In this document: piece after piece, positions 1 to 9,137 of the stretch | Numbering within the stretch: the stretch's first letter is position 1 | Layout of the letters: every line of letters starts with the position of its first letter | NCBI GenBank assembly: GCA_030765485.1 | Contig: JAVCCR010000032.1 | Location: 55,481-119,480, forward strand | From: Candidatus Gygaella obscura | Lineage (GTDB): Bacteria; Omnitrophota; Gorgyraeia; Gygaellales; Gygaellaceae | Length of the DNA stretch: 64,000 nt | Direction: 5' to 3' | Notes under the pieces: generated by a model | Seen by the model: only the letters and a program-made list of their open reading frames with translations | Told to the model about the DNA's origin: nothing | The model's database searches: none | Translations under genes and position numbers: made by a program

Positions 1-206
1 GAATAAGGCGGGTTCTTTTAGAGAAAGCTGCAGCAGTGCCCAAAGAGGTGTGTCAATTGTGTTACGAGGCATTACTTTTGGCTCCGGTTTTAACAAGGAA
101 AGGGAATTTCAATCTTATTTCTGATGTTGAAGTCGGAGTTGAATTGTTAGAGGCTGCTTTTAAATCCGGTCTTATAAATGTAAGAATAAATAATGAAATT
201 GCTTGA
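1..206 (+). CDS. 3' end of methenyl-THF cyclohydrolase / formiminotransferase-cyclodeaminase-family protein (FchA-like), partial
   Basis: Frame-3 ORF enters from upstream and stops at TGA 204-206, overlapping the folD start. Its C-terminal ...GNFNLISDVEVGVELLEAAFKSGLINVRINNEIA resembles the cyclodeaminase/FchA C-terminus (GNxNxISD motif). It sits immediately upstream of folD-metVF, as in acetogen clusters. Confidence 0.45.
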   Translation, partial: IRRVLLEKAAAVPKEVCQLCYEALLLAPVLTRKGNFNLISDVEVGVELLEAAFKSGLINVRINNEIA

Positions 207-1029
207 AGGTAGAAAAATAGTTGATGGGATTAAATGCAGTTTAAAACAGGAGATTAAAGGTTTAAACCGAAAACCTGTTTTGGCTTGTGTTCAGCTGGGA
301 GACAATTCTTCGGTTTCAAGTTATATAAAATCACAGCAGAAATGCGCTAAGGATTTAGGAATTGAATATTGTTTGAAGTCCTTAGCGGCTCAAACCAGCC
401 AGGAGGATTTGATTGATACGATTACTGAACTTAATAACGACAGTAATATTAACGGTATAATTATCCAGCTTCCTTTGCCCGAACATATTGATGTAAGGAC
501 TGTATATATGGCGGTTTCTCCTGGTAAAGACGCAGAATCTATGCATCCGGAAAACCTAGGAAAGCTTTTCTTTTCTAGTACTAAAGTTTCTCCTTGCACG
601 GCTAGTGCAGTTGTAGAATTATTAAAATCAATCGATATCAAACTTTATGGTAAAGAGGTTGTTATCGTCGGGCACAGTCCCATATTAGGTAAGCCTTTAT
701 CTATTATGCTTTTGAATGAGTATGCCACAATCACAGTTTGTCATATTGCTACATTTGAAGCCGAGAAGTTGATATCTCATATAAAGCAGGCAGATATATT
801 AATTGTAGCTGTGGGTAAAGCGAATTTCATAAAAGCGGATTGGGTAAAAGAAGGTGCGGTAGTTATTGATGTGGGTATTAATAAGCTTGGCGATAAGATA
901 ATCGGAGATGTTGATTTTGATAATGTTTCTAAGAAAGCAAGCTTTATTACGCCTGTTCCCGGAGGGGTAGGGCCTTTAACCACGGCAATATTAATGCGCA
1001 ATCTAGTTACACTAGCAGGCAAGAAATGA
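193..1029 (+). CDS. folD: bifunctional methylene-THF dehydrogenase / methenyl-THF cyclohydrolase
   Basis: 278 aa. FolD-like throughout, with the Rossmann motif VVIVGHSPILGKP and C-terminal PVPGGVGPLTTAILMRNLV. Confidence 0.9.
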   Translation: MKLLEGRKIVDGIKCSLKQEIKGLNRKPVLACVQLGDNSSVSSYIKSQQKCAKDLGIEYCLKSLAAQTSQEDLIDTITELNNDSNINGIIIQLPLPEHIDVRTVYMAVSPGKDAESMHPENLGKLFFSSTKVSPCTASAVVELLKSIDIKLYGKEVVIVGHSPILGKPLSIMLLNEYATITVCHIATFEAEKLISHIKQADILIVAVGKANFIKADWVKEGAVVIDVGINKLGDKIIGDVDFDNVSKKASFITPVPGGVGPLTTAILMRNLVTLAGKK

Positions 1030-1685
1030 TAGTTACAAAGCAAAAGAGCTTACAAGATATATTAGCGGCATTAAAGAATAAAACCAATATTTTCATTATT
1101 GGTTGTGGGGAATGTGCAACGGCTTGCAAGACAGGCGGAGAAGAGGAAGTTAAAGCCTTAGCCAGCGAGTTATCTAAACATAAGAAGAATATTATTGGTT
1201 CTGTTATTCCTAAAGCTCCCTGTGTTGTTAGTCAGGTAAAAAGGGATTTATCTAAATTCCGTGTCGAGCTGGAAAAAACAGATTGTGTTTTAGTTATGGC
1301 CTGCGGTCTGGGTGTGCAGGCAGTCATAAAAAGTAAACGTTTTAACGGTAAAGTAGTTAGTTGCTGCGATACTTTATTTGCCGGATCAATGACTTCAGTA
1401 GGAGAATTTTTTGAATCCTGTTCTTCTTGTGGAGAGTGTGTTTTAAATATTACTGGTGGTCTTTGTCCTGTTACCAGGTGTCCGAAGTCATTATTGAACG
1501 GTCCCTGCGGCGGGGCAAAAAACGGGAAATGCGAAGTAGATAGAAACAACGATTGTGTTTGGATTTTGATCTACGAACGACTTAAAGAACTGGGTGAGTT
1601 GGATAATATTAAAAATTTTATCGAAGCAAAAAACCAGCGTAAGAATTTACGCCCTGGAAGTAGGTCTTTAAAAAAAGATAATTAA
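1026..1685 (+). CDS. metV: MTHFR C-terminal-domain-like zinc-finger protein (MetV-type partner of MetF)
   Basis: 219 aa and Cys-rich (GCGECATAC, CSSCGEC, CPVTRCP, NGPCGG). Its start overlaps the folD stop (ATGA) and it sits immediately upstream of metF, as in acetogen metVF operons. Confidence 0.75.
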   Translation: MIVTKQKSLQDILAALKNKTNIFIIGCGECATACKTGGEEEVKALASELSKHKKNIIGSVIPKAPCVVSQVKRDLSKFRVELEKTDCVLVMACGLGVQAVIKSKRFNGKVVSCCDTLFAGSMTSVGEFFESCSSCGECVLNITGGLCPVTRCPKSLLNGPCGGAKNGKCEVDRNNDCVWILIYERLKELGELDNIKNFIEAKNQRKNLRPGSRSLKKDN

Positions 1686-1687
1686 AT

Positions 1688-2557
1688 ATGAGTAAATTAG
1701 AAACAGCTTTTAAGAATAAAAAATTTGCGGTTACCAGCGAGATTGGACCGCCCAAGGGGATTTTGTTTGAACAGATTTTAATGGATAACATTTCTTTAAG
1801 GGGGCGTGTGGATGCAATTAATGTTACTGATCTTCAGAGTTCGGTTATGCGTTTAGGCTCTTTGGCATTTTCTAAAATTCTTTTAGACAACGCAATAGAA
1901 CCGGTTTTTCAGCTTACCTGTAGAGATAGAAATAGACTTGCTCTACAGTCAGATCTTTTAAGCGCTGCAGTCTTGGGTATTGAAAATGTATTATTGTTAA
2001 CAGGCGATCATCCTATTCTAGGTGATCATCCTCAGGCAAAGGCTGTTTATGATTTAGACAGTGTTCAGCTTTTAGATTGTGCAAGAAAACTTACCAACGG
2101 AGTTGATCTTTGTGGTAATAAGCTTAAAGGTTCTCCTAAGTTGTTTTTAGGGGCTGTTGTTAATCCGGGGGTGGAAACTCTTGATCTAGAGTTGTTGAAG
2201 ATGGAAAAGAAGATTAAAGCAGGTGCACAGTTTTTCCAGACTCAGGCAGTTTATGATATGGATTCTTTCGATAGGTTTATGAAAAAAGCCAAGACCTTTA
2301 ATGTCCCGATAATGGCGGGGATAGTGCTTTTAAAATCTGTTAATATGGCTAAATATCTAAATGATAATGTTGCTGGTATAAATGTCCCCGAAGCACTAAT
2401 TAAACGTATGGAGAAGTCAACGGATAAGGTCAAGACTTCAATAGATATAGCTACAGAGCTTATAAATAATCTAAAAAGTAATTGCCAGGGTGTTCATATC
2501 ATGCCCATTGGTTGGGATAAGTATGTAGTGTCGCTTTTGGATCAAGCCGGTTTATAA
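1688..2557 (+). CDS. metF: 5,10-methylene-THF reductase
   Basis: 289 aa MTHFR-family TIM-barrel protein with acetogen-type MetF length and context, following metV. Confidence 0.85.
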   Translation: MSKLETAFKNKKFAVTSEIGPPKGILFEQILMDNISLRGRVDAINVTDLQSSVMRLGSLAFSKILLDNAIEPVFQLTCRDRNRLALQSDLLSAAVLGIENVLLLTGDHPILGDHPQAKAVYDLDSVQLLDCARKLTNGVDLCGNKLKGSPKLFLGAVVNPGVETLDLELLKMEKKIKAGAQFFQTQAVYDMDSFDRFMKKAKTFNVPIMAGIVLLKSVNMAKYLNDNVAGINVPEALIKRMEKSTDKVKTSIDIATELINNLKSNCQGVHIMPIGWDKYVVSLLDQAGL

Positions 2558-2559
2558 TT

Positions 2560-3429
2560 ATGAAAATTTTAATTATTGGTAGTTCTGCTGCGGGTATTGA
2601 AGCTGCAGCGATGATCAGTTCTTCAGATAGGACGCATGAAGTTACTATAGTCAGCGAAGAGGCTGTTTTGCCTTATTATAGATTTAAACTTGCCGAGTTT
2701 ATTTTTATTAAAGAAGCGGGAAATGGATTCTATTTTAAAGATAAAGAATTTTTCGAAAAGAACAATCTAAAACTTTTGTTAAATAAGAAAGCCATAGGCC
2801 TGGACACAAGAAAAAGAAGGGTAAGGCTAGACGATAATACTTATATTGATTTTGACAGGCTTTTGGTTGCTACGGGAGCTAATTGTGTATTGCCGCAGAT
2901 AAAAGGAACAAATAAAAAGAATGTTTATGGACTTAGGAGTTATTCTGATGCCGAAGAAATAAAAAAGAATCTACCGATTGCCAGTACTGTATTTTTAACA
3001 GGTAACGAAATGTACCTGCGGGATATGGCTTTAAAGTTGAGCCTGCAGAAAAAAGAAGTATTTTTAGTTACTACAAATAATAATCTGGTAGCAGATATTG
3101 AAGAAAACGAGAATTTGAGGTTTATGCTTGAGGATGAAATATTGGAGATAATCGGAGAGTCACAGATACAGGCGGTTAAGCTTAAAAGCAATAAGGTTAT
3201 GGCATGTTCATTATTAGTTTATAATGGTAATTTTAAATCTAATATAAATTTTTTGAAAGGTTCGCCAGTAGAATTATCCGATGGAGTAATTGTAGATGAG
3301 AATATGCGCACCAATTTGGATTTTATTTTTGCTGCCGGCGATGTAGTTGTAATTGACGAGACGAGAAAACGCACCTGGGATAATGCAATCGAGCAGGGCA
3401 GAAAGGCCGGTTTGTCAATATTATTATAG
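2560..3429 (+). CDS. FAD-dependent pyridine-nucleotide-disulfide-oxidoreductase-like flavoprotein with degenerate NAD(P) site and no redox CxxxxC
   Basis: 289 aa. N-terminal IIGSSAAGIEAA is a dinucleotide (FAD) motif and the FAAGDVV FAD motif sits near the C-terminus. The central second Rossmann region reads VFLTGNEMYL, so it lacks GxGxxG. Confidence 0.5.
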   Translation: MKILIIGSSAAGIEAAAMISSSDRTHEVTIVSEEAVLPYYRFKLAEFIFIKEAGNGFYFKDKEFFEKNNLKLLLNKKAIGLDTRKRRVRLDDNTYIDFDRLLVATGANCVLPQIKGTNKKNVYGLRSYSDAEEIKKNLPIASTVFLTGNEMYLRDMALKLSLQKKEVFLVTTNNNLVADIEENENLRFMLEDEILEIIGESQIQAVKLKSNKVMACSLLVYNGNFKSNINFLKGSPVELSDGVIVDENMRTNLDFIFAAGDVVVIDETRKRTWDNAIEQGRKAGLSILL

Positions 3430-3488
3430 CTTTCTTCTTTTTCTACCGCGTAAAATCAGCTTAACAGACAATTCCTTTATTACCTATA

Positions 3489-5552
3489 ATGACAGATTTA
3501 AAATCAAGTTTACAAAAATTATCATTACTTTTAAAAGAAGACGTAGGTATATTGTTTAATAGCGATATATCAGAAAAATACGATGAAAATTTTTCATTTA
3601 AGGATATGGAAAATGCCTTTCCTTTGATCTGTGCTTTTTTTGGTAAGCGTATTTCTAGTTTTAGACAGCTGCGGAGTGCGTTAAATAAAATATCTCTTTT
3701 GCAAGATAAGGTAACAAACAGCGATAAAAAAATAAAAGAATCCGAGTACATCAGAAGACTTGGTTTGGTTATTTTATTTTATGAAGAGATAAAGATTTAT
3801 TTCGATGCTTTATCAAAAAGAAGGAATTTGGAAAGCATTTTGTTTAGCGATACACATATCAGAAAACTCGGTATAGCTTTATTGGATAAGAGCATAAGTG
3901 GATTTATTGTCTTTGTTGGAAGTGTAAATAAAAGTTCTAGCAGGGATGTTTTCTTAACGGATGCAGCCAAAAGGAAGTTAATAGTTTTTGATGACGCGTA
4001 TAAAACAGTTCAGTGCCTTATTAGGTTAAGTTTTATGTTTGGTTGTCAGAATAAAAAAGATTGGAAGTCTGTGTGTGATTACTGCAGGTCTAGTCTGCCT
4101 GCTGTAACTGTTTTATTAGATAATTTTAAAGAAATTGATTTAGCACAGGCCTGTGGAGCCTTAAATCTATCTGTTCCTATTATTACCAATAAAAGGTCAT
4201 TAAAGGTTAGGTATAGTAAGATTAAAAACGGTTACGATGCATTTATTAATATTAAAGAATCTGCTGTAATTATAGATAAGGTTGTAGAGGCAAGGAATAT
4301 TAAATTTGTTCCGGATTTGAGCCGTTTTCCAGTTGGTTTCGGTACAAAGTTTGAAGGGCAGATTATAAAAGATAAAGATTCTTTTATTGATTTTTCTCTT
4401 GGGTCTGCATGTGAGTTATTAGTAAATAGAAACCCTTCGCAGATCCGAGATGGCCAGATAGAAATTATTGGTAGCGATTTGGATAGTTTAAAAGCTGATG
4501 GATACAATAAAAGGCTTTTTATTTTAGTAGAGATGGTTACTAAAAGTGCCTCTAATGAATTTAATGCGGTTTTAGAACGTCAAATCCATAGATTTATTAA
4601 TTATATCGATGGTGTAACACATAGTGGACAAAGTGATTTTTTGAATATTTCAGTTAGTAGGAGTTCGTTTAGGAAGGGTTTAAGATTAAATGATATTGCT
4701 TTTTTTATTTATGCGATGATGCATAGGGAATATTCTAAAATTATAAATAAGATTCAAATAAAAATTATTACTGATAGAAAGCGTTTTGAAAAAGAATTAA
4801 GAAAATCCCGGGATATACACAGGACGCGTTTGGTAAAAGTTATCAATGAAACAGATGAATCCGTTAAAGAGTTTTATTCCTGTTCTATATGCCGCAGTTT
4901 TGCCTTAAATCATATATGTATTATTAGCCCTGAACATCCTGGTCTTTGCGGTTCTTATTCATTTCTTGATGCCAAGATTGCTTTTGAAATCGAGCCTTCA
5001 GGAGCAAATTATCCAATAAAAAAAGGAAAAGTTATTGATCGCAGGCTTGGACAGTGGCAAGGAGTGAATAGATACATTAAAAAAGTTACCAAAAATGCAG
5101 TTAAAAAAGTTAATCTTTATTCATTGATAGAATATCCGCATACCTGTTCTTTATGCTTTGAGTGTATTGTTGTAATCTTGCCGGAATTAAACGGTGTTAT
5201 GGTTGTGAGTAGAGATTATACTGGTAAAAATCCTCTTGGACTTGATTTTTCAAAATTGGCTCATCTATTGGGTTTTGGTGTTCAGTCTCCAGGAATGCTA
5301 GGTTCTAGCAGGGTTTTTCTATTAAGCAAAAAGTTTATGCCTCAAGAGGGGGGGGTAAAAAGAATTATTTGGATGCCCAGCAGTTTAAAGTATTTTTTGA
5401 CAAAGTATAATAAAGCAAGTCAAAAAAAGAGTAATTTAAAGAAAATATTCAGTAAGATTGCCGATGAGCATGATTGTACTTGCTTGGAGGATTTAGCAGA
5501 GTTTTTAAAGAAAAGAAAACACTCCTGTTTGAATATGAGCAGGATTATTTAA
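3489..5552 (+). CDS. acsB: acetyl-CoA synthase (CODH/ACS beta subunit, AcsB/CdhC family) homolog
   Basis: 687 aa. The C-terminal domain carries C465-x2-C468-x8-C477-x9-C487 (CSICRSFALNHICIISPEHPGLCG), the exact spacing of the A-cluster [4Fe-4S] ligands of ACS. About 66 residues downstream it has YPHTCSLCFECIV, where canonical ACS has TSCGCFE. The flanking similarity (PEHPGLCG, LYSLIEYP, GGVKRIIWMP) is ACS-like. Confidence 0.65.
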   Translation: MTDLKSSLQKLSLLLKEDVGILFNSDISEKYDENFSFKDMENAFPLICAFFGKRISSFRQLRSALNKISLLQDKVTNSDKKIKESEYIRRLGLVILFYEEIKIYFDALSKRRNLESILFSDTHIRKLGIALLDKSISGFIVFVGSVNKSSSRDVFLTDAAKRKLIVFDDAYKTVQCLIRLSFMFGCQNKKDWKSVCDYCRSSLPAVTVLLDNFKEIDLAQACGALNLSVPIITNKRSLKVRYSKIKNGYDAFINIKESAVIIDKVVEARNIKFVPDLSRFPVGFGTKFEGQIIKDKDSFIDFSLGSACELLVNRNPSQIRDGQIEIIGSDLDSLKADGYNKRLFILVEMVTKSASNEFNAVLERQIHRFINYIDGVTHSGQSDFLNISVSRSSFRKGLRLNDIAFFIYAMMHREYSKIINKIQIKIITDRKRFEKELRKSRDIHRTRLVKVINETDESVKEFYSCSICRSFALNHICIISPEHPGLCGSYSFLDAKIAFEIEPSGANYPIKKGKVIDRRLGQWQGVNRYIKKVTKNAVKKVNLYSLIEYPHTCSLCFECIVVILPELNGVMVVSRDYTGKNPLGLDFSKLAHLLGFGVQSPGMLGSSRVFLLSKKFMPQEGGVKRIIWMPSSLKYFLTKYNKASQKKSNLKKIFSKIADEHDCTCLEDLAEFLKKRKHSCLNMSRII

Positions 5553-5566
5553 AAAGCTTTTTTTGC

Positions 5567-5596
5567 TTGACTTGTATATATTATATGAGGTATATT
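5567..5596 (+). promoter_or_regulatory. putative sigma70-type promoter (TTGACT-18-TATATT) upstream of the TPR gene
   Basis: TTGACT at 5567-5572 and TATATT at 5591-5596. It is preceded by an AT-rich palindrome, AAAAAGCTTTTT. Confidence 0.3.
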
Positions 5597-5607
5597 ATAA
5601 CTAAATT

Positions 5608-6543
5608 ATGCGTAAGTATTTGAAACTTCTTTTTTTAGGTATTTTTTTGCTACTGGTTATTTGCGATGCCAGAAGTGTTTGTTTTGCTGATCATAAAGAT
5701 GATGCTTTAGATTTACGCAATAAAGGTCTTTTGGCCCAACGATTAGGAAATATCGATAAAGCTCTTAATTTTTATCTTCAGGCGCGCAAAAAATGGTCTT
5801 CCTGGCCGGTTATATATAATGATATTGGTGTTATTTATGAATTTCAATTAAGGATAAACGAAGCAGAGGCTGTCTATCTAAAAGCAATACAGTTTGATCC
5901 TTATTATGCTTCCAGTTATACTAATTTAGCCTTTCTTTATGAAAAGAAACAGGATTTTAAAAATGCTATTTTTTACTGGAAGAAAAGAATTCAGCTGGGC
6001 GATGTTGATGATCCTTGGGCAAAAACTGCCCGCGAAAGAATTGCTATTTTAAGAAATAAGATTGGGTTGCAAGAGGGTGATAGTACAGACGAATTGATTA
6101 AACAGGTAAATAAAGATATTTCTCGTTATGATAATCATATTTTTCCTTTTTCGGAGATTATTGATCTTGAATCTATAGATGATCTTTCTATGGAAGAAAA
6201 AATTACTAAAATTAGAAATGCCAAGGCAAGAGCCAAGTGGCTTCGCGATAACGATTATTCTGTTATGGAGAAAGATCAACTTGAGATGATTGATGAGTTA
6301 GAGTATTCCGTAGAGTTGGAGCGTGTGGAACAGGAAAAAGATCAACTTCTAGATCTTGATAGTGAAGGTTCGCTAGAGTTATTGAGAGAATTGTCAAAAG
6401 ATGATGATCCAGAAGTGAGAAAAAGTGCTGACGATGCCCTTTGGTATAATAGCCAAGGTTTTGGCATGTTGGCTAAAGAAGAAGCAGAGCGTATTAATCA
6501 GATGCGCAGTTTACCTTCAAGTAAATCACAGATAGATTATTAG
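5608..6543 (+). CDS. secreted TPR-repeat protein with acidic coiled-coil C-terminus
   Basis: N-terminal signal peptide MRKYLKLLFLGIFLLLVICDA. TPR-like repeats (AxxxYxxAIxxDPxYAxxYxNLAxxY). The C-terminal ~120 aa are D/E-rich. Confidence 0.6.
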   Translation: MRKYLKLLFLGIFLLLVICDARSVCFADHKDDALDLRNKGLLAQRLGNIDKALNFYLQARKKWSSWPVIYNDIGVIYEFQLRINEAEAVYLKAIQFDPYYASSYTNLAFLYEKKQDFKNAIFYWKKRIQLGDVDDPWAKTARERIAILRNKIGLQEGDSTDELIKQVNKDISRYDNHIFPFSEIIDLESIDDLSMEEKITKIRNAKARAKWLRDNDYSVMEKDQLEMIDELEYSVELERVEQEKDQLLDLDSEGSLELLRELSKDDDPEVRKSADDALWYNSQGFGMLAKEEAERINQMRSLPSSKSQIDY

Positions 6544-6596
6544 CACTAACTCCTAAATTTTAAAGATTAATGGCTTATTCCTTCCATTAGTTTTAT

Positions 6597-9119
6597 ATGA
6601 AAAACCCTAAAGAGTTAATATTAATAGACGCTAATTCATTTTGTTACCGTGCTTTTTATGCCATAAAGCAGCTTCAGACGAGCTATGGGCAGTCGACCAA
6701 TGCTGTTTACGGTTTTGTTGTTATGATAAATAAGATTGTTGAGATGTTTAAGCCTGAATACCTTGGGGTTTGTTTTGATGTTTCCAGAAAGACCTTTCGT
6801 TCTGAAAAATTCCGTGATTATAAGCTTAACAGGCCGGCTATGCCGGATGAGCTTGTTTCTCAGATAGATTTCATCAAGGAGCTGGTAAGAAGTTATAATT
6901 TCGCCCTGTTACAACGCCAGGGGTATGAAGCAGATGATATTATTGCTACAGCCTGCAGGACTTTTAAAAATAATGGATTTAAAAGTATCGTTATTAGTTC
7001 GGATAAAGATATGTTGCAGTTAGTGGATGATAAAACGTTTATTTATAATCCTCAGAAAGATAAAGGGCTTATGTTTGATAAAAGGGTTGTTTTAGAGCGG
7101 GTTGGCTTACATCCTGAGCAGATAGTTGATTTTATTAGTTTGACCGGTGATAATGCCGATAATATTCCGGGGGTTAAAGGTATAGGAGAAAAAACTGCTG
7201 TTTTATTGCTTAAGGAGTTTAAAACAGTGGATGGCGTTTTGAAGAATCTAGAAGAAATAAAAAAACCGAAATTAAGGGATTCACTTAGACAGGCAAAGAA
7301 GCAACTGACTTTAAACCGCGAGCTTATAACTTTGGATTCTAATGTAGACGTAGATGTTTCTTTGGATAATCTAAAGGTTAAAGAACCCGATTACAAAAGA
7401 CTTTCTCAGCTATATAGAAAACTTGAATTTAAGAGTTTATTAAAACAACTTCCTGATTCTTGTGATAGAGAAGTTTTAGAGTTAAAAAATGATCAGGAAT
7501 CATTTATCGGGGATTCGGAAGGAAAAAAGGCTATCTCTTTTTTTATTGAAGAAGATTGTTTTTATTTATCTTTCGGTACAGGATGTGTTTGGAAGTTCGA
7601 TTCGTTGTTTTTACAGTTAAAAGAAATATTAGAGGATAATAGTATTTTAAAAATTACGCATGATCTTAAAAAAGCTTATAGTGCTTTATCCAGATGCTCA
7701 GTAGAGTTAAAAGGAGAGCTTTTTGATATACTTTTGGCCGGATATCTTTTGGATAGCGGGAAGAGCGAATATTCGGTGAAAGACGTGCTTTTTGATTTTC
7801 TTGAGAAGCAGGTTAATCATAATTTTGAAGCTGTGAATTATTTTATTTCTTTAAAGGAGATTTTGTTAAAAAAACTTAAGGATAATCAGCTTGATAAATT
7901 GTTTTTTGAAGTTGAATTACCTTTTTCTAAAGTGTTATCCAGTATGGAAAGAGAAGGTTTTTCTATTGATGTTAGGTTTTTAAAAGATCTATCTGAAAAA
8001 TTCGAAATTAAACTAAAAAATATTACAGAAAAGATTTTTAAGATTAGCGAAGAAGAGTTTAATATCAATTCTCCTAAACAGCTTCGGGTTATTTTATTTG
8101 ATAAATTTAAACTTCCTGTTGTGAAGAAGACTAAAACCGGACCATCCACCGACGAGGAAGTTTTAAAAGTATTATCTTCAAAGCACGAGCTTCCTGTGTT
8201 GTTATTGGAGTATCGTCAGATTAACAAATTGAAGTCTACTTATGTTGATGTATTGCCGGAATTAGTGGATAAGAAGAATAAAATTCACTGTAATTTTAAG
8301 CAGTTTGGAACAGGTACAGGAAGATTGTCTTGTGAGAATCCGAACCTGCAGAATATTCCTGTAAGGACCGCCGCGGGAAAAGAAATCAGACGTGCTTTTA
8401 TTTGTTCCCGTAAAGATAATGTGCTTATTTCAAGCGATTATTCTCAGATAGAGCTGAGGATATTAGCGCATCTATCCAAAGATAAGAATCTGGTTAAGGC
8501 ATTTAAAAAGGGTGAGGATATTCATAGATTTACTGCCGGACTAGTTTTTGATGTTGAGGAAAAAGATGTGGATAATCAAATGCGCAATGTCGCTAAAAGA
8601 GTAAATTTCGGTATTATTTACGGAATGAGTGCTTTTGGTCTGGCTAAGGATCTATCGATTACTAATCAAGAAGCGCAAAATTTTATCGATACGTATTTCT
8701 TAAGGTATCCTAAAGTAAAAGAATATATCCAAGGTCAGATCAAATTTGCCGAAAATAACGGATATGTGGAAACTGTTCTCGGCAGGAAAAGATTTCTGCC
8801 ATTTATTAAAAGCAAAGTTAACGCTCAAAAGCAGTTTGCTTACCGCCAGGCAATAAATACGCCTGTTCAGGGTTCGGCAGCGGAGCTTATGAAGTTGGCG
8901 ATGATTAATATCCATGAATTGTTTATGAAAAATAGACTTTCTGCGAAAATAATACTTCAGGTTCATGATGAGTTGATTTTTGAAGTGAATAAGAATAGTT
9001 TAGAGGAATCAATATCGGTTATACGTAGCAATATGGAACAGATTTATAAGATAGATGTGCCGATTAAAACTAATTTTAAACAGGGTTCTAATTGGTTTGA
9101 TATGGTTGCTGTGAATTAA
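6597..9119 (+). CDS. polA: DNA polymerase I
   Basis: 840 aa with an N-terminal 5'-3' exonuclease domain and a C-terminal family A polymerase domain (motif A DYSQIELR, motif B RNVAKRVNFGIIYG, motif C QVHDEL). Confidence 0.9.
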   Translation: MKNPKELILIDANSFCYRAFYAIKQLQTSYGQSTNAVYGFVVMINKIVEMFKPEYLGVCFDVSRKTFRSEKFRDYKLNRPAMPDELVSQIDFIKELVRSYNFALLQRQGYEADDIIATACRTFKNNGFKSIVISSDKDMLQLVDDKTFIYNPQKDKGLMFDKRVVLERVGLHPEQIVDFISLTGDNADNIPGVKGIGEKTAVLLLKEFKTVDGVLKNLEEIKKPKLRDSLRQAKKQLTLNRELITLDSNVDVDVSLDNLKVKEPDYKRLSQLYRKLEFKSLLKQLPDSCDREVLELKNDQESFIGDSEGKKAISFFIEEDCFYLSFGTGCVWKFDSLFLQLKEILEDNSILKITHDLKKAYSALSRCSVELKGELFDILLAGYLLDSGKSEYSVKDVLFDFLEKQVNHNFEAVNYFISLKEILLKKLKDNQLDKLFFEVELPFSKVLSSMEREGFSIDVRFLKDLSEKFEIKLKNITEKIFKISEEEFNINSPKQLRVILFDKFKLPVVKKTKTGPSTDEEVLKVLSSKHELPVLLLEYRQINKLKSTYVDVLPELVDKKNKIHCNFKQFGTGTGRLSCENPNLQNIPVRTAAGKEIRRAFICSRKDNVLISSDYSQIELRILAHLSKDKNLVKAFKKGEDIHRFTAGLVFDVEEKDVDNQMRNVAKRVNFGIIYGMSAFGLAKDLSITNQEAQNFIDTYFLRYPKVKEYIQGQIKFAENNGYVETVLGRKRFLPFIKSKVNAQKQFAYRQAINTPVQGSAAELMKLAMINIHELFMKNRLSAKIILQVHDELIFEVNKNSLEESISVIRSNMEQIYKIDVPIKTNFKQGSNWFDMVAVN

Positions 9120-9137
9120 TTCTAAATAGGAAAATAT

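Noticed and set aside
3353-3751. ORFs 3353-3559 (+) and 3461-3751 (-) at the flavoprotein/acsB junction
   Set aside because: They overlap the ends of two well-supported genes. Short, with no motifs. The 60-bp intergenic gap is better explained as the RBS region for acsB.
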